64,000 nt of DNA, taken from the NCBI GenBank assembly GCA_965209055.1, contig OZ242374.1, positions 2,080,001 to 2,144,000 on the forward strand. The letters are read 5' to 3'. Every line of letters begins with the position of its first letter. Positions within the stretch are counted from its first letter, which is position 1. The position numbers were made by a program, and so were the translations under genes. This stretch comes from Acidobacteriota bacterium (lineage in GTDB: Bacteria > Acidobacteriota > UBA6911 > RPQK01 > JAJDTT01). This document shows positions 60,887 to 64,000 of the stretch, piece after piece. The notes under the pieces are model-generated. The model had not been told where the DNA came from, searched no databases, and saw only the letters and a program-made list of their open reading frames with translations.

Positions 60887-62068
60887 ATGTCTGACTCCGA
60901 GGTGCACCGTTCCGGTCGCCATTTCCTCCAGATTCCGGGTCCCACCAACGTTCCCGAGCGGGTCCTGCGCGCCATGTCCCGCGCCACCGAGGACCATCGG
61001 GGACCGGAGCTGGCGAGTCTGACGCTGCGGGTCCTGCGCCGTCTCCGGGACGTGTTCCGGACCCGCGGCCCGGTCATCCTCTACCCCTCCTCCGGGACCG
61101 GCGCCTGGGAAGCGGCCCTGGTGAACACGCTCTCCCCCGGGGAGCGCGTGCTGATGTTCGAGACCGGTCACTTCGCGGTCCTCTGGTCCCAACTGGCCGG
61201 CCGTCTGGGGCTGGAGGTCGAGCTGGTTCCGGGAGACTGGCGCCGCGGGGTCGACCCGGCCGAAGTCGAGTCCCGGTTGTCCCGGGACGCCTCCCACCGA
61301 ATTCGGGCCGTGGGGATGGTGCACAACGAGACCTCCACCGGGGTCACCAGCGACGTGGCGGCGATCCGTCAAGCCATGGACCGCGCGGGGCACCCGGCCC
61401 TGCTCCTGGTGGACACCATCTCCTCCCTGGGCTCCATCGACTACCGCCACGACGAGTGGGGGGTCGACGTGACCGTGGCCGCCTCCCAGAAGGGGCTGAT
61501 GCTGCCGCCCGGCCTGGGACTGAACGCCCTGAGCGAAAAGGCGCTGGCCGCCGCCGGGCAGGCCCGGTCGCCGCGGTCGTACTGGGACTGGGAGCCGGCA
61601 TTGAAGGAGAACGCCAAGGGGTTCTTCTCCTACACTCCCGCATCGAATCTTCTCTACGGGCTGGACGCGGCCCTGGACATGCTCCTGGAGGAGGGTCTGG
61701 AGAACGTCTTCGCCCGTCATTCCAGGTTGGCCGAGGCCACGCGGCGGGCGGTCCAGGGCTGGGGGCTGGAACTCCAGGCGCTCGACCCGGGCGAATACTC
61801 CGATTCTCTGACGGCGGTGCGGGTCCCCGGCGGTCACGACGCGGACCGGCTGCGGAAGCTGATCCTGGAGCGTTTCGACATGTCTCTGGGGACGGGACTG
61901 GGAAAGGTGAAGGGGCGGGTCTTCCGGATCGGACACCTGGGCGACTTCAACGAGTTGATGCTGGCCGGGACCCTCTGCGGCGTGGAGATGGGTCTGGATC
62001 TGGCGGGCGTCCCCCACCGCGCGGGCGGCGTCGGCGCGGCGCTGCAGTACCTGGCCCGAACCCCTTGA
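60887..62068 (+). CDS. Class V aminotransferase (serine-glyoxylate aminotransferase-like)
   Basis: HFLQIPGPTN, HNETSTG, VDTISS, SQKGLMLPPG and FRIGHLG. Confidence 0.92.
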   Translation: MSDSEVHRSGRHFLQIPGPTNVPERVLRAMSRATEDHRGPELASLTLRVLRRLRDVFRTRGPVILYPSSGTGAWEAALVNTLSPGERVLMFETGHFAVLWSQLAGRLGLEVELVPGDWRRGVDPAEVESRLSRDASHRIRAVGMVHNETSTGVTSDVAAIRQAMDRAGHPALLLVDTISSLGSIDYRHDEWGVDVTVAASQKGLMLPPGLGLNALSEKALAAAGQARSPRSYWDWEPALKENAKGFFSYTPASNLLYGLDAALDMLLEEGLENVFARHSRLAEATRRAVQGWGLELQALDPGEYSDSLTAVRVPGGHDADRLRKLILERFDMSLGTGLGKVKGRVFRIGHLGDFNELMLAGTLCGVEMGLDLAGVPHRAGGVGAALQYLARTP

Positions 62069-62080
62069 GCGGATAAACCC

Positions 62081-63445
62081 ATGGATCCTTCCCGGCAGGC
62101 CATCTCCGATCCCGTCCTCGCGCTAGTCGGCTTCTTCGCCGTCGTGGTGCTGCTCCTCTTCCTGGCGGCCCGCTGCAAGTGGCACGTCTTCCTGGCCCTC
62201 ATGGTCCCCCTCCTCCTGCTGGGCCTGATGCCGGGAGTAAACCGGTCCGTCTTCATCCAGGCCTTCCAGGAGGGATTCGGCAACACCCTGGGGAAGATCG
62301 GAGTGGTCATCGTTCTGGGCTCGATCATCGCCGAGTTCCTCAGGCACACCGGGGCCATCCAGGTCATCACCCGGTCCATGGTGAACCTGGCGGGAGCCCA
62401 CCGCATGCCCTTGGCCCTGACCCTGAGCGGCTTCGTGCTGGGGGTGGCCATCTTCTCGGACGTGGCCTACGTCATCCTGAACCCCCTGGTCCACTCCGCG
62501 GCCCGGGTCATGGGCGTCGGCATGGGGGTCATGTCCATCGGCCTGGTGTCCGCGATCCAGTTGACGCACGCCGTGGTTCCTCCCACGCCGGGTCCGCTGG
62601 CGGCCGCGGCCCTGGTGGGCGCCGACATCGGCCGGACCATCATCTACGGCGGCCTCGCCTGCCTGGCCGGTTCCCTGGCCGGATGGGTCTGGGGCCAGTA
62701 CCTGGTGGGACCCCGCCTCAAGACCCTTCCTTCCGAGGAGTTCTCGAAGGATCCGGCCTCGGAGGAGGAAGGCGCGGGTTATCCGGGCACCCTGCGGTCC
62801 TACGCCCCCATCGCGATTCCGGTGGTGTTGATTTCGAGCCAGAGCGTGGTCCGTTTCCTGCTGGAGGAGGGTCACCCGGCGCGCCGGATCCTGGAGTACC
62901 TGGGATGGCCCGTGATCGCCCTTTCCATCGGACTGGTCCTGGCCTGGTGGAACATCCGGAGCCCTGAAGACCGGAAGTCCGCCAGATCCGGTTGGATCGA
63001 GGATGGACTCCGGGCCTCCGCCATGATCCTGGTGGTCACCGGCCTGGGCGGATCCCTGAGCGCCATCCTCAAGGCGACGCCGGCGGTGGGAGTGCTGGCC
63101 GAGGCCTTCGCGGCGTCGGGACTGCCGGCCATTCTTCTGCCCTTCGTCATCGGCATTCTCGGGAACATGATCACCGGGTCCACGACGGTGGGCGTCATCA
63201 CGGCGGCGTCCCTGGTGGCGCCCATGCTGGACGACCTCTCGCTGTCGCCCGAAGCCGCCATGCTGGCCGGGGCCTGCGGGTCCGTGATCATCAAGTATGT
63301 CAACAGCAGCTATTTCTGGGTCTGCACGTCGTTGAGCGGGCTGCCGGTGAGAGAAGCCATCTGGGGCTACGGCGGCGGCACGCTGGTGGGAGGAGGAGTC
63401 TCCTTCGCCGTGGTCTATCTGCTGTGGGCGGTGGGGATCCTCTGA
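62081..63445 (+). CDS. GntP family permease
   Basis: GFGNTLG, THAVVPPTPGP, GSTTV and NSSYFW. Confidence 0.88.
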   Translation: MDPSRQAISDPVLALVGFFAVVVLLLFLAARCKWHVFLALMVPLLLLGLMPGVNRSVFIQAFQEGFGNTLGKIGVVIVLGSIIAEFLRHTGAIQVITRSMVNLAGAHRMPLALTLSGFVLGVAIFSDVAYVILNPLVHSAARVMGVGMGVMSIGLVSAIQLTHAVVPPTPGPLAAAALVGADIGRTIIYGGLACLAGSLAGWVWGQYLVGPRLKTLPSEEFSKDPASEEEGAGYPGTLRSYAPIAIPVVLISSQSVVRFLLEEGHPARRILEYLGWPVIALSIGLVLAWWNIRSPEDRKSARSGWIEDGLRASAMILVVTGLGGSLSAILKATPAVGVLAEAFAASGLPAILLPFVIGILGNMITGSTTVGVITAASLVAPMLDDLSLSPEAAMLAGACGSVIIKYVNSSYFWVCTSLSGLPVREAIWGYGGGTLVGGGVSFAVVYLLWAVGIL

Positions 63446-63474
63446 ACGGCCGTCGTTGACGAGGAGAGAGTTTC

Positions 63475-63891
63475 ATGCAGGCATCACGCAGAACCGTCAT
63501 CGAGCCGGAGGGGATTCCGGCGCCGGCGGGCCAGTACTCCGAGGCCATCCGTGCGCGGGGAGGTCATTTCCTGTTCATCGCCGGACAGGTGGCCCAGAAT
63601 TCCAAGGGAGAGATCATCGGCAAGGGGGACGCCGAGGCGCAGACCCGGCAGGTTTTCACCAATCTGGGACTCATCCTGAAGAGCGCGGGCGCCTCGTTTC
63701 AGGACGTGGTGGAATTCACCACCTACCTGGTGGGCGTCGAGTCGGTCCGTCCGTTCCTGAAGGCGCGGGCCGAGCTCTTCGTGGACCTCTACCCCAATGC
63801 CGACTATCCCGCCAACACCTTGATCAACATCGAGTCCCTGGGCGGCTCCGACGCCCTGGTGGAAATCAAGGCCGTGGCGGTCCTTCCTTGA
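63475..63891 (+). CDS. RidA family protein
   Basis: YSEA, FIAGQ and LVEIKAVA. Confidence 0.88.
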   Translation: MQASRRTVIEPEGIPAPAGQYSEAIRARGGHFLFIAGQVAQNSKGEIIGKGDAEAQTRQVFTNLGLILKSAGASFQDVVEFTTYLVGVESVRPFLKARAELFVDLYPNADYPANTLINIESLGGSDALVEIKAVAVLP

Positions 63892-63899
63892 CCCCCCGC

Positions 63900-64000
63900 A
63901 TGGACACCGAATCCCTGAGCAGGACCCTCGAATCGACGCTCCGCTCCGCCCTCCAGGGGGAGGTCCGCTTCGACCGGATCTCCAGGGCCATCTATTCCAC
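63900..64000 (+). CDS. FAD-linked oxidase, 5' fragment running off the window
   Basis: LQGEVRFDRISRAIYS N-terminus. Confidence 0.65.
   Translation, partial: MDTESLSRTLESTLRSALQGEVRFDRISRAIYS

Overview
GC-rich bacterial chromosome segment. The gene content (DUF1501/DUF1549/DUF1553/PPC clusters, many PIN toxin-antitoxin modules, an ankyrin-TPR protein) suggests an Acidobacteriota-like, possibly host-associated organism; this is inference. From left to right: (1) a DUF1553 gene and an ADP-ribosylglycohydrolase; (2) a TA/Fic/IS110-remnant hotspot built from old duplications; (3) a lexA-imuA-imuB-dnaE2 mutagenesis cassette with a palindromic operator and a damaged dnaE2; (4) a ~10.6 kb tyrosine-integrase element (15927-26505) that appears to be inserted in a REP-like palindrome, carrying AbiTii, HNH, FRG, type IIG-like RM, a tiny Zn-ribbon gene, tRNA-Leu(UAA) and Abi-alpha; (5) an ~8 kb iron-chelate/cobalamin ABC cassette between diverged ~1.2 kb direct repeats; (6) icd with an unusual Zn-ribbon-like insertion; (7) decayed TA modules next to tRNA-Asn; (8) catabolic and transport operons. 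The strongest novelty candidates are the palindrome-targeting integrative defence element and the Cys4 insertion in ICD. All family calls come from motif recognition by eye, with no database search.
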